Assembly: GCF_009914755.1 (NCBI RefSeq)
Contig: NC_060935.1
Origin: the human T2T-CHM13v2.0 reference genome, Homo sapiens
Length of the DNA: 64,000 nucleotides
Strand: one strand, 5' to 3'
How positions within the stretch are numbered: the stretch's first letter is position 1; every line of letters starts with the position of its first letter. Both the position numbers and the translations under genes were made by a program. Below the pieces are notes generated by a model. That model searched no databases and was not told where the DNA came from. It was given only the letters and a program-made list of their open reading frames with translations. This document shows, in pieces, positions 40,972-54,855 of the stretch.

Positions 40972-41338
40972 ATAGAGGTCACAAATATGTGGCCCATAGA
41001 TTGGTTTTACTGGATGTACACAGAATCGGTATATTCTCTCTGCATGGGCATGTGTGTGTATGTGTGTGCTTGTATATGTTTATTAATTAGTTACCTCTAC
41101 TTCATAATGTAAAAATTTTACATAATAAAATTATTTTCCTAGTTCCCTTGTGAAGTTAGGTCTTATGACAACACTGGGCCTATTGATCGACATGGCAACA
41201 ATTGGCTGGAGCACCCTATGGATTGGACATGCATCCTACTGGCTGCTCAGCCCTCACTGTTGCCAGTTTTACTTTAACTTGCTTTACTCATTCGTCTCCC
41301 CGACTGGCCAGCGTAGGCATTTGAGATTGTAATGAATG
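40972..41338. mobile_element. MER102-like hAT element
   Basis: ggtcacaaata...caacactgggcct...catggcaacaattggctggagc...ggcatttgag; old and degenerate. Confidence 0.5.
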
Positions 41339-44300
41339 GGTAGTGGATATTATATTTAAAATGGACAGTACTAATCTTGTCTATAATTTAGTAAGCCTAC
41401 TTTTGGCAGAGAGAAGATAAGTCGAAATGTGCCAAAGTCCCATAGTGCATTGAGATGTTTATTTTGGAATTTTGAAAAAATAGTATATTGGAGAAATAGG
41501 GAAAATTAACATTTATTGAGCAATTACTCTGTGCCAAGGACTGTGCTAAAAGATTTAAATATATGCCATCAGTTAATCAGCGTAGTAATCTAAAAGTATA
41601 GAAAAATAAATTATATGAAAGACAGAGTTATTTTATTGCTAAATTTACAGTAGTTGGTATAATACCTGGTACAAAGGAGGTGCCCAATTAATATTTTTGA
41701 CTGATTAAAAAAAAGATAAATCACAATTGGTAATATTGACACTCTGAGGTGCTACAAAGATCATATAGGTACCACAATTTTTAACTAGAATTGACCTATC
41801 TCTTGGCCTTCAAAACCTGGGAGTCTCCAGTGTCCAGTATCGGTTTCCCCTTTTCAGTGAAGGATTCCTCAGAAAAATGAATCATGTCTTAAGATCGAGC
41901 AAGAAGGAGACCATTGCCATAAATCAGTTAAATTTCTAACCAAATCCTTTTGTGCAATATCTTGTTCTCTCTTCTTTCAGTCTACATAAATAAACATCTT
42001 ATCTTCTTAAGACATGCAAATAAGGGAGTTGGTGACAAGTGAAGTTAATAGAGAAACATGATAGAGTTCCAGACTATCAGGATCCCTGTGAGACCACATT
42101 TGAAAGTCTCTGAACATGGCATACTCTTCTCAGCCTGTCTTAAATCTGGTCTGTTTTGTCTGACAAGCTAAGAGAACTCTACATAATTAAAAAAAAAAAT
42201 CCACCCACATTGCAAATATCTGCTGAATTTTAACGCAACCCTTAGTTGACCCAAGATATTAATCAAGTGAAATTAAATTTCTGGAAAAGACCTCGTTTAT
42301 TGATGAGATGATTTAGCATAGCTTAGCTTGGCTACTCTTCACCTTGAACATGGATTAGGCAATGCCCTATTTGAATCTCATTCCAAGGTTCAAAACTTTC
42401 AGGTCAATGGGCTCAGCTTTCTTCTGATGGTCTGTGACATTTTTTTTTTTTTTTGTACCATCCAGGATTCCTACCGACACTGTAGATATTTATGTTACTG
42501 AGATAAATTGTCCTTTACTAAACATGTGGTTACATTAAACGAGGGAGTCAGGCAACTGCCTAGATTTATTTAGGGAGTTTTTTTCCTCTTTATTTTAGTT
42601 TTTCCATAATCAGAAAGCATTTGTACAAATTCTTGGAAGGGCAGTGGAGATTTACCTTAATTCTTCTTCGAAACCCCTTTTTTGTATATGCTGAAGTTAA
42701 ATATTAAAGACAAATAATTTAACAGTTGTTATCCAATAAACAATTTCAATTTAAGTAACAGACCTCTGATGGAGTCTCATGGAGTAAAGAGGACTATGCA
42801 TGTAAGCAATCCATAAACTTATATTGAGAAGTGACTAATTTGGTGGTCCCTACCTTGCCAATGGTTTTTTGTTTTAATAAACTTAAGGCCATTGTGTTAA
42901 CATAGGTTGACACAGAGCTCTCTGAGTGTTGTTCTCAAATTACCCATCATCCATCTTGCCATTGGATCCACATCCTTCTGCTGAGCAGCTCCTATTAAAA
43001 TTAGAGCAAATCTCAAGGGAAGCCAGGTTTCTAAGAAGAGGCTGTGTTTCTGGGCAGTCATCAGACAGCATCATATGTCCCACACTTGTATCTCTGTTTT
43101 TGCTACCAACTTTATCAAGAGCTTCTCATTACATGGTAGGTAGTGAGAAAGAGCTAAAAATCACCAAATTAAGGCCAGAATTACAAATAATGGCATTGTA
43201 TTTTATTCATGCTGAGCAATTTAACAATTTAGTAGTTTTGAGTAGTAGCATGCCTTAATATTTCAGTGCATGGATAAGTGATTTATGTTCAAAGTAAGCC
43301 TCATGACCATCTAGCATCACAGAAGAAAAGTAGAAAGTCAATATGCAGTGTGTATGACAGCCACATGGTAGTATGGAGAAATGCTCAGGATATGTGTTAA
43401 GTGAAAAAAGCAGAAGATAAAGCATACGCCTTTGATGGTTATACCTTTTAAAATATGCATAGAAAAACAAATGCAAGGTGGTACTTTAAAATATTCATTT
43501 GAAATGTTACATTGTAGTTATGTATAATGTATTCTGTTATACATTATACATGTGTAATATTTATGTTACATTATAGTTATGTATGTGTATAGTTATCATA
43601 GTTAAATATATTACTTCTCCGATGAAAACATTGAAAAGTGACAAATATAAAACAAAACAATATGCAAAAGATGATTATTTTGCCAATGAAGTTGTAATTT
43701 TTAACATGAGAACTGTAAACTAAATAAAAGCACCATTATACAAGTTAAAAAGTAAAATACAGTTCTGAAAAAATGTTTTCTTGATATTTCTTTAATTTTT
43801 AAATACCATTTTTTCAAAGGGAGTAATCATAATTCAATTTAATGAAAGCAAAAATGTCTATATGTAAAGTAAAGCAAGATCTTGGTTGAAGGAAAAAGGA
43901 AAAATACAAGACAGACATGGAGGCAGGTATGACTATAATTCAAATAACATACTAAATGTTAACAAGATAGTATTCATATAAAGAAAGGGAAATAAAGGAC
44001 ATTCAGACTTTGCCTCTTTTGGAAATGCTACATTCACAGATACCTTGGGGAATACGGTATGGAGGCTACAACAAGGTTATTTGAGATCCATTTGAGATTA
44101 TGTCAACCGACAATTATGCTGAGGGATTGACAAGATAAAAAGGCACTATTTTTTCCCATATCCAATTCCTCTGATATGCTTCACTAAATGCATAAAGACA
44201 GAGACAAAACATGAAGGAAAAATATTTATACATTTTTAGGTTTGTGAATAGTTTCAAGGGAGAGAAGAGACATCATGAGGTCATCTGGTATGCCTTCATA

Positions 44301-45320
44301 AATACTTTAGAGTATTATTCACTGTGCACAATTTGCAGTGCCCTTGGCAATCCAAATACATTTCCTTTCTTTTGCTGAAGACCAAGCAGGTCTGCCTGGC
44401 TCTGAGGGGTACCTTACATCAGGGTGTTTTATGCATGAGATTCCTGATTGAAAAGAGCCAATAGAATAAAGCTGAGCAGAATCCTTGAAAGAGTGAGAAC
44501 TCCAAAGGTCACATTCCAAAGTCTAGTGAATAAAGAAAGAGTGTGCTTATGGGCAGAAAATGGGGACAAGTGTCAAGGACAAAGAGAAGACAAAACGGCC
44601 CAGTGGATAGAAAACAGGAAGTTTTCTTTGAGAGGCTATGGTTACAAAGAGGCATGAACACCCCATTGTTCACTTCTATTGTCAATAGGCCTGTGGTAGG
44701 TTGGCACATCAGACTAGCTAAAAAATACATTAGGGAGGGAACTTGTCACATTTAGCAATGTCCTCTTTTCAATGTCCTCAAGACTTACTCCCGGTCTTAG
44801 GCAGTTTCAAATTCATAGCAAGCAATGTTACAAGCATCAAATTTAATGGCCCCTGTATCTGTTGCTAGTTTTCATTATGACCTGCCTTCCATCTTTCCTG
44901 AACTTTTGCTATAACAAGACCATCTGTCTTTTTTTGGTTGGTAGGAAGTACATCAACATTATCAGCATCCATCTTTTTCCCTCTGCCCTGTCACACCACC
45001 ATGCCAGAGATACATGAGAAAGGGTTAAAATTTCTACAAAAATGCATGATTCCTAAAATAGGCTAAAAGAATAAAAATGCTACCATCTAACACATTAGAT
45101 TGATTGCCTTAAATGTAAAAATTTACGTATGTAACTATCTCTTTTCTTAGATGATATATTCTTCTAGAGAATGCTCTATGCTTTATTCAATTTCACATCA
45201 CCATGACCTACATAGCACAGTAGTTGACTTATTGTAGGTAAACAATGAGTGAATGGATGAATGCATCAGTGTTCATTCACATAAATTACTTTGTGTATTT
45301 CTTGACAAAATAAAGCAGAG

Positions 45321-45370
45321 GGGGCACATGTTCTCAGGACCTCCTGAGGCTGTGTCACAGAAAAAAAAAA
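45321..45370 (+). mobile_element. 40-nt ERV1-type LTR (MER41/MER4/LTR8 group) fragment retroposed with A-tail and TSD
   Basis: ggggcacatgttctcaggacctcctgaggctgtgtcacag + A10, flanked by aaaataaagcagag / aaaattaaacagag. Confidence 0.75.
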
Positions 45371-45702
45371 TTAAACAGAGAATTAAATGTATGAATTTTG
45401 AAGCCCCGGAGGTATACACTACCAATGGCTCTTATTAAAATCACGTGGCATTTTAACCATGCAATCCTAACTATCATGGATGCTAAAAGATGGTTAGAAA
45501 ACAGAAAAAAATGCTGGGAAAATCAGCTTAGTTCTTCAGTTTTTCTGTTGTTGTTTTTATAACTTTCATTATTATTATTATAATTATTACAGAATTCAGG
45601 ATTCTATAGTCAGTCAGATAACATGAAACCACTTAAAATGAGTGTTAGAAATCTGGCTGGCACCTCCCTCCCCCTGATGTGATGTTTGTATTTATAGATT
45701 CA

Positions 45703-46436
<734 letters not shown>

Positions 46437-47679
46437 GATACATTTCCTAGTGTGAGAGAAAACACTTCTTAATAATGTTTCCTGGTCCCTTCAGGTACAG
46501 AGTAGAGACTGGACTGTGAAATTTCCTCCCTCCCTCCCTTTCTCCCTTCCTCCCTTCCTCTCTTCCTTCCTTCCTTCTCAGTTATTTAAAGTAAACTAGT
46601 CACACAATTTTATATCTTAGCCAGAAAATTTTGAAAAACAATTAGAAGAAGAATTTTCAACATATGTTTCACACACAAAAAAATGCTTTAAGCATTCTGC
46701 AAAATTTAGTGGTGTTGACATATTTGGTTTTTATGCATCCATGAAAGCTATGACTGAGTGTGTCATTCATAATCCCAATGTGAGTTTACTTTTTCACTCA
46801 TTCAAACAGCTACATTCTTCTGATTGCTTCAGTTTTAAATTAAGTAATTGCTGTAACATTTATTTTATAAGAAGACAGCTTTATAAATCACTAATCTAAA
46901 GCTAGTTAGTAAGATAATTTGAGCTGGCTGTCAGAGTTGCAGAGTCTTACCCCAGTGCTGTGGCAACCACATAATTTGGCCATTTCACAAAGTTAGGAAT
47001 ACATCTCTCATCTATTCATCTCTATTGGCCACTCCCCAATTAGCTACCATAATTCATTAGCATGTTTAACTTTCAAGCAGATGTCATTTGAAAAGGACAC
47101 AGAGGACAGAGCCTCTAGTGATGACTAGGCCTTCATTTTCTTTATAATCTTACATATTTGTCTAGCTTAGTGTGTATTTCAGTTCTCCATCAGAATAATG
47201 GCAAATAGAAATATTGTCCCATGTAACAAGACAATAAAGGAAAAGGAGAAAGAAGAGGCAGAGAAAAAGAAGGGGGAAAAGTAGAAAGACCAAAAGAGAG
47301 AGACTAGAGAAAGAAAAAGCTTCAAGGATTAAATAACACTGGAAATTCTTTGTATTTTGCAATGTCTTATATTCAATGTTATCAAACCTACCTAACATGC
47401 ACAAATTCATATTTTCACAGTATTTAACATCCAGAATAGTGTTTTTATATTTATTCATAGATTTCTTCTTAAAGAAATCCTCAAAGGTAAGAAAAAGATT
47501 GTGATTTTTCATCTTACAAGGTAGAAACGAAAGCATATGATTAAATGATTGCCCCAAAGGCACTGAGCAAATCAGTAGAATGAGAGCTGAATATATTAAC
47601 TCCTACCACTTTCATAACTTCATCTCTAGTGTTGTCATTTTGAATAGATGACTATGATCACATTAGTCACAAACTTACA

Positions 47680-48240
47680 TTTAAAAATATGTTTCAAAAA
47701 CCCTGTTGCCAAAAAATGCAAAAGTTCAAAAACAAGTAAAAATCTAGAAAATATTTATATTACGTTCCATCGAGAGAGAATCAAAAATCTAGAAAAAAAC
47801 AATAGCTCAATGGAAAAATAGGCAAAGGATAAACAGGCAGTTTAATTTACAGAAAAGGACATTGAAATAGCTTAAAACCATATGAATAGATGCTCAAACT
47901 CACTAATTATTCTGTAAAATGCAAATTAAACAACAAAAATGCTTTCTTTTTTTTTTAAACTTTTCAGATTGCCAAGGATTATACAATTTGGCAAGAATGT
48001 GAGGAAACAGACATTTTTATATATTGTTCTGGAGAGTATTTGGCAATATCTATCAAAATTTTAATGCACATATGTTTGAATGTAGCAATACCACTTCTAG
48101 GAATTTCTCCTATAGATGAACACCCACACATATGCAGAGATATATGTACAAAGATGACCGTGGTAGCCAAGTAAGTGTCCATCAGCAGAATACAAGGCAA
48201 ATCCATGATGTCATTGAACAGGTGATGTATAATGGTGATA
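47680..48240 (+). mobile_element. Ancient L1M(E) 3' fragment
   Basis: gaaaaataggcaaagga...atatgaatagatgctcaa...aatgcaaattaaac...ccacttctaggaattt. Confidence 0.7.
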
Positions 48241-48339
48241 TTGTTTTTAAAAAGGCTTTCTAAATAGATTTTTAAAAATGTAGAACATTATTTAGCCATT
48301 GTCACCATTTTGTGTAAAAACAAAATATTTAACCCATCT

Positions 48340-48960
48340 ATGTGTTGATTACTCTGAAATTTAGACATCTAGTCATAATCTCTTCCTGAACTCAAGGTTC
48401 ATATCCAACTTAATACAGCTATTACAGAATGCTTAGTGTCTGTCCGCCTACTTCCCAAAGCCTACTCTGATGATGACTTTCTGGTTCCAATAATTAGCAG
48501 CACTATCCATCTTGTTACTTAAATCCAATCTCCATCTTATTCTTTCATATTCCATTTTCTTTCATATCCCAGTATTCCATATTCTTCCATTTTCTTTCGT
48601 ATTCCAATATTCCATATTCTTTCATACTTCATTTCCAATCAATTAGCAAGTACTATTGCCAAAACATACCTAAGAGTAGCCCACTTGAGTGTCTTTTCAG
48701 TAATCATACCCAATTCCAAGCCACCAGCCTCTTCCCTAGACTTTTGCCTCAAATGCTTTTCTTCTTCTTTGCTTTCTCTACAATCCATACCACATACAAC
48801 AGGTAAAGTGATGTTTTTAGACATAAATGTTACTTCTTGCCTAAAATCCTCTAACATTGTTCCATTACATTTAGAACCACCCTAACTCTTTAACTGGCCT
48901 ACAAAACCCTACATTATCTGTCCCCCGTCTCTCTGACTTTAACGCCTACCACTCTTCCTT
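48340..48960. mobile_element. L2 remnant
   Basis: ctcttcctgaactc...tatccaac; caatccat.ccacatacaac...ggcctacaaaacccta. Confidence 0.6.
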
Positions 48961-50364
48961 GCAAGTTCATAGAAAATTTGCTACAGGGTACACAGTAATC
49001 TGGTAACAGATTGATACTAAAGAGAGCTAGTTCGATTTGTTGAATTTTCAGAATTTACAGCCCATACTGATTCCATCATGGTCCACTCACTCACACTTGT
49101 ATTCTGCAGACCTCCTTCTCAGTTTTAACTGCTGTTCTCAGATTGGCCCACCATGTTTCCAAAGAGTCTTTTGTGATGAGTTTGAGTGGTTTTCCTAATC
49201 TCAGCACCATTAACAGATATGCTATTATCATCCTTTCCTTCCTCCCACCTTGAAGACACCACAGAGGTTTTGTATCTGCCAGTGGTTTACTTATACCAAC
49301 TTGTATTTAGGATTTGGAGTCTAGTTTGTCACTTAGTTGGGTGGTAAATTTTCTTAAGTATTGGGTTTTTCTGCCCTAGTTCCTTTTTATTTTATTTTTA
49401 ATTGGAGGCATTAAGATTCAAAAACTCCTTTATGGCTCCCCCATCATTTCCAAATCCTCTTCACAGTAACCTCAGGATACTAATTCTGGGTATGATTTGC
49501 CTTTTTAATGATATAAATTATGCATTTGTGTCTTCTTCAATTGAACTATTTTTAAAAAGGGGAAAATCTCAACAGAAAGTAGAATTTAAAAATTTATATG
49601 AAAGATAACGCCAACTTTTAAAGACATTGAAAGAAAGAAAAATGGTATAGCCAAATAGCAAGAGAAGAATTCTTTTTAAATTTATCTGATTTAGATAGAT
49701 ATTTGGAAAGCTAAATAGCTTCTTTGTTTTGATCACACACACATATTTTCTGATATATGTAGTAAATTTGACATTGTTTTGAATATATTTATTCAAAATG
49801 TTTAAAACATATATATTTTGAATATATATATATGTTTTGAATATATATATCCAAAACAATGTGTGTAAATTTTTCGAGTATCATTATCTAGTAAAATTAG
49901 GGAAGAAGTTAAAGAAAGAATTCTCTAAACATATTGGATCTGAGATGGTAACTAAATGCTGAAAAGAAGACTGACAGCGAATGAAGCAAGAATGGATTAG
50001 AGACACTGATGTTTTGTTCGAAGAAAACAAAATTAGGAGCAAGAGGTTGTGAGCTTTGCTCTCCCATTAACAGTTGTGTAGCCACAGGCAAATCATATAG
50101 CCTATTGAGGTTATAGTTCTCATGTATAAATTGACAAATTCAAGAAAAAAAAATCAGAGAATCTGGGTGCCTGCAGAAGCCTCAGTCAGACCCTCAGGCA
50201 TGCTTAGTTTAGCTATCATAAAACAAGCTGAATCACTTACATATATTTTGCATAAAATACATAGTTTCTCTTTAAAAAATCAGAAAGTTTCAGATCAGAG
50301 CCATAGACTATAACTGGGTGACTACTACCCTTTTGGAGAGGCTACACATTTTCCAGTTTATCTC

Positions 50365-50823
50365 TATTATGGGTTGAATTGTGTTCCCCCAAAAAAGATA
50401 TGTTGAAGTAGTCCTAATCCCCAGGACTTCAAAATGTGAATTTGTATAGAAATAAGGTTTTAACAAACGTAATCAATTTATAATGAGGCCATTAGGGTGG
50501 ACTCTAATTCACTAAGTGGTGTCTAAATAAAAAGGGGGGAATTTTGACACAGAGACAGAAATGCAAAGAGGCAAGATGATGTGAAGACACAGAGGGAGAA
50601 AGTCATGTGACTATAAGACAAAGAATGCCAAAAATTGTCAGCAAACACCAGAAGCTAGAAGAGTCAAGGAAGGATGTTCCCCAAAGCTGTCAGAGAAAGC
50701 ATGGCCCTAATGACACGTGATTACAGACTTCTAACCTCCAGAAACTTGAAATAACACATTTATGTTATTTTAAGCCACCCAGTATTTGGTACTTTGTTAT
50801 AGCAGCTCTAGGAAATTAACACA
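50365..50823 (+). mobile_element. MLT1C-like solo LTR
   Basis: tatgggttgaattgtgttcccc...ttttaagccaccca...ggaaattaacaca. Confidence 0.88.
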
Positions 50824-52394
50824 ATTCCAATATCCAGTTGATACTTGTTAGTCACCTTTGCTGCCTTTCTAGGCCATGCAGTCTTTTGAGTACTTTGTTT
50901 TTTAAATTAAATGAATTTTATGATGTCATCTTGCTTTCATAATTCGCGTTTTCTGTTTAGATTAAAAAAATCATTTTAAAACATAGCATCTTAAAATAAG
51001 CAGTGAAAATATACCAGGCATTCAAATGCTGAACTGAGAATACTTTTATACACAGGCAAAGCCCTTGGATAATTTTGTGTAAATAGAGCAAGAAAGTGGA
51101 GTTGACTTGGCAACAAAGGATGTAGCCAGAAGGATAACATGCTGTGAAACAATGCTGTGCCTGAGAAGTTCTCCAAAAGAGGCTTAACTACTGCTTTATA
51201 AGGTCCTATGTTGGCCATACTGTGGCTCAGTCTAGGCTAAGCAAGTGAAATCATATTTTTGAGAGAGATTAGAAAGTAAATAAATGGTGGCAACTTCCTT
51301 AAGAGTTGAGTCCTCCACTGAGAATCAGGACTTTCCTGCCCCATTGCTATCAGCACATGGCTATGTCTGTGGCTGCTACCTGTGCAGGAATCCAGTGAAC
51401 ATATTGCAAATTCAGTAACAGGTTGACTCTTGGAAATGAAACATAAACTTGCCAAATGAGTCTTGGATGCTCTTACTTTGTCAGATGTAAGGATTGAAAA
51501 TATTGGAGCCCAAAGGAAGGTCTCATAAAAATAACATAAAATGGACAATTAGAAGTCTAATGTTTCAGCCCTCTGTCTGGCTGTTACTGGCTTGAACAAG
51601 TCATTTGACCTCTTTGGGTATATACACTATAAGAGTAACTACATTTTATAAACTATAACTACAATTTACATCGCTCCTATTCCATAGATATCCAACCAGA
51701 GGAAATATCTGAAGTTGAATTGTAAACTATATAACATGATATACAACAAATTTTTATTAATGTTGCTGTTGTTTTCATGATCATCACCATCATCATCATT
51801 ATCACTACTACTTCATAGATATTTACCTAATGGGGGCTAACACCATTATTCACTATAATGTTATTTTTTTCAAGTTAATCTGAAACTCCAAGATTAGGCT
51901 TTCTTCAGATATGAATAAAAATGGATCAAATATATAGTACATCTTCTGCTAATGGTCAGCTAAATATGAATACTAATTGTTCTAGTGTTTTGTAGCTGGT
52001 TGGGTCTTTCAATCCAATGAAAATTATTAAAATGGATTCTGCAACTTTTATTCTACTTTATTTTCTGTTTTTGTTATTTGCACTATAAAGTAAATAAAAT
52101 CGTGTTAGTTTGAAAAGATAAAACAGTACTTGCTCTTAACCTGCCCTTTAACAAAGGGTGTATGGTTATTATAGAAATATTATGCAACATGGGTACATTT
52201 CTAGTGTCTCAGGGCAACTGGCCACGTACTCCAAATTGCCCCCTGAGACATAGTGAGTGAAGTAATGGTTATGGAGTCACTAAGCCCGGGTTTCTATCTA
52301 GACTCCATCATTTACAAGCTATGTAGCCTTTGTGGGTCATTAATTCCTGAAAATCTCTAGTTTGCACTTAAAATTAAAAAAAAAAATCATTCTA

Positions 52395-52520
52395 TGTTAT
52401 ATATTATATTATATTATATTATATTATGTTACATGTATTTTTGAGATGGAGTCTTACTCTGTCACCCAGGCTGGAGTGCAGTGGTGTGATCTTGGCTCAC
52501 TGCAACCTTTGCCTCCTGGG
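52395..52520 (-). mobile_element. 5'-truncated Alu (about 78 bp) with a (TATTA)n-converted tail, abutting the tail of an L1MA
   Basis: gagatggagtcttactctgtcacccaggctgg...cctcctggg directly followed by the L1 poly(T). Confidence 0.85.
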
Positions 52521-53620
52521 TTTTTTTTTTTATTGATACTTAATAGATGTGTATATTTTTTCAGGGACATGGGATAATTAAATATAATCCTATAATTTGT
52601 AAAGATCAGCGTTCTTGGGATATCCATCATCATAAATATTCATACTTTCTTTATGCTAGAAACATTCTAATTATTCTCTTCTACCTATTTTGAAATGTAC
52701 AATAGATTACTGTAAACTACAGTCACTCTACTGGTCTGTCAAATAGTAGCTCTTATTTATTTGATCAAACTCTATAGCTATACCCATTAATTAATCTTTC
52801 TTTATCCTCTTCTTTCCCCTACCCTTCTCAGCCTCTGTTAACCACCAGTTTACTCTCTCTCCATAAGATATACTTTTTTAGTTGGCACATAAGAGTGAGA
52901 ATATGTTATATTTGTTATTCTGTGCTTGGCTTATTTCACTTAATATCATGATATCCAGTTCCATCCATGTTGCAGAAAATGAAAATATTTTATTCTTTTT
53001 TATGGCCAAATAATATTCAATTGTGTATATATATATCACATTTTCTTTATCCATTCATCCACTGATTAGGACTTACACTGATTCCATATTTTGGCTATTG
53101 TGATTAGTGCTGCAATAAAGGTTGGAGTGCAGATATCCCTTCAGTATCTATATTTCCTTTCTTTTGAATATATGCCCAGTAGTGAAATTGCTACATCACA
53201 TGGTAGTTCTATTTTTAGATTTTTGAAGAACCTCCATAGAGTTTTACATAGCGGCTGAACTAATTTACATTTTCACCATAGTGTATGAGTGTTCTTTTTT
53301 CTCTACATTCTCACCAGTATCCATTATTCCTTGTCTCTTTTTTTATAGAAGACATTTTAACTGGGGTGAGATGATATCTCTTTGTGGTTTGAATTGGCAT
53401 TTCTCCGATGATTTGTGGTACTGAACATTTTCTCATATACCTATTGGCCATCTGTATGTGTTCTTTTAAGAATTGTCTATTCAGACCTTTTGCCCATTTT
53501 AAAATCAGATTTTTTTTCCTATTGAGTTTGAGCTCCTTATATACTCTGGTTAATAATCTTTTTTCATATGGATAGTTCACCCATATTTCTGAAGATTCTG
53601 TGAGTTGTCTCTTCACTTTG
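52521..53620 (-). mobile_element. 5'-truncated L1MA (about L1MA2-3) inserted in a MIR
   Basis: ttattgatacttaatagatg 3'UTR; ORF 53311..53625 is an ORF2 remnant (LILKWAKGLNRQF...RYHLTPVKM). Confidence 0.9.
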
Positions 53621-54134
53621 TGCACTTAATACATAATTCACAGGATTGTTTTAAGGAAGACAATGTAGGTGAAAATGGTAATTACAGAGTCACATAGTTC
53701 CTTTGGGGACAGGAATTCACGTAAGATTGCCCAGTGAAATTCAACTGAAAAAGCAGGCAAACCATTCAGTGCCTAGCAATTGAGCTATTGAGCTTAACTG
53801 AATCCGTGGACTCACTTTTAACATCTAGTTACTCATTGTATCCACTGCTTTTAACCTGTGTCTTTACTTAGCTTTAAAATGGCACGTTTTTAATTTTGGG
53901 CATTTATTTTTTTCTTATCAGTGACTTGAGTTCTCCTTTGAGCTGTAAATTTCACTGCTTAACTACTACAAATATCAATGACTGGCTTTCTGTTCTCCCA
54001 ATTATTAATGATAATATGAATACATAGACATCTTTTTGATAAAACTAATCTGTGAGGCTAGCGCTGACGTATGTTCCTTATAGACACTGTCTTACAGTCT
54101 TCAAAGAAAAAACCCTGAATTTTTACTAAATATT

Positions 54135-54855
54135 GTGTCATAGTCTGTTTGGGGTGCTATAATAACCATATCATAAACTGGGTGGTTTATAAAGAAGAAA
54201 AACATATTTCTTATAGTTTTAGAGGCTGAGAAGTCCAAGATCAAGGTGTCAGTAAGATCACTGTCTGGTGTCTCATAGATGATGCCTGTATTAGTCCGTT
54301 CTCACACTGCTATAAAGAAATACCTGAGACTGGGTGATTTATAAAGAAAAGAAATTTAGTTGGCTTACAGTTCTGCAAACTCTACAGTAAGTATGACTGG
54401 GGAAGCCTCAAGAAACTTACACTCATGTTGGAAGGTGAAGGGGAAGCAGGCCAGAACAAGAGGGAGAGAGATGGAGGTGCTACACACTTTTAAACAACCA
54501 GATCTTGAGAGAACTCATTCACTATTGTGAGGACAGCACCAAGCCATGAGGGATCCACCCCCATGACCGCGTCGCCTTTCACCAGGCCCCACCTCCAACA
54601 CTGGGGATTACAACTTGACATGAGATTTGTGTGGAGACCCAGATCCAAACCATATCAGCACCTTCTTGCTTCATCTATGCATGGTGGAAGGGGCAAGGAA
54701 GCTCTCTGGGGCCTCTTTCCTAAAGGCATTAATCTCACTTATGATGACTTCACCCTCATGATTCAATCTTCTCCCCAAAGCCCCATTTTCTAATGCCATC
54801 ACCTTGGAGGTTAGTATTTCAATGTGTGAATTTCGGTGGGTACACATATGAATAC
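54135..54855 (-). mobile_element. MSTD/MLT1A-like LTR split by a younger MSTA LTR
   Basis: tagtctgtttggggtgctataa...gaagtccaagatcaagg | ...aatgccatcaccttggaggttagtatttcaa. Confidence 0.8.
54287..54657 (-). mobile_element. MSTA solo LTR
   Basis: tgtattagtccgttctcac...atccaaaccatatca; TSD atgcc / gcacc. Confidence 0.9.
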
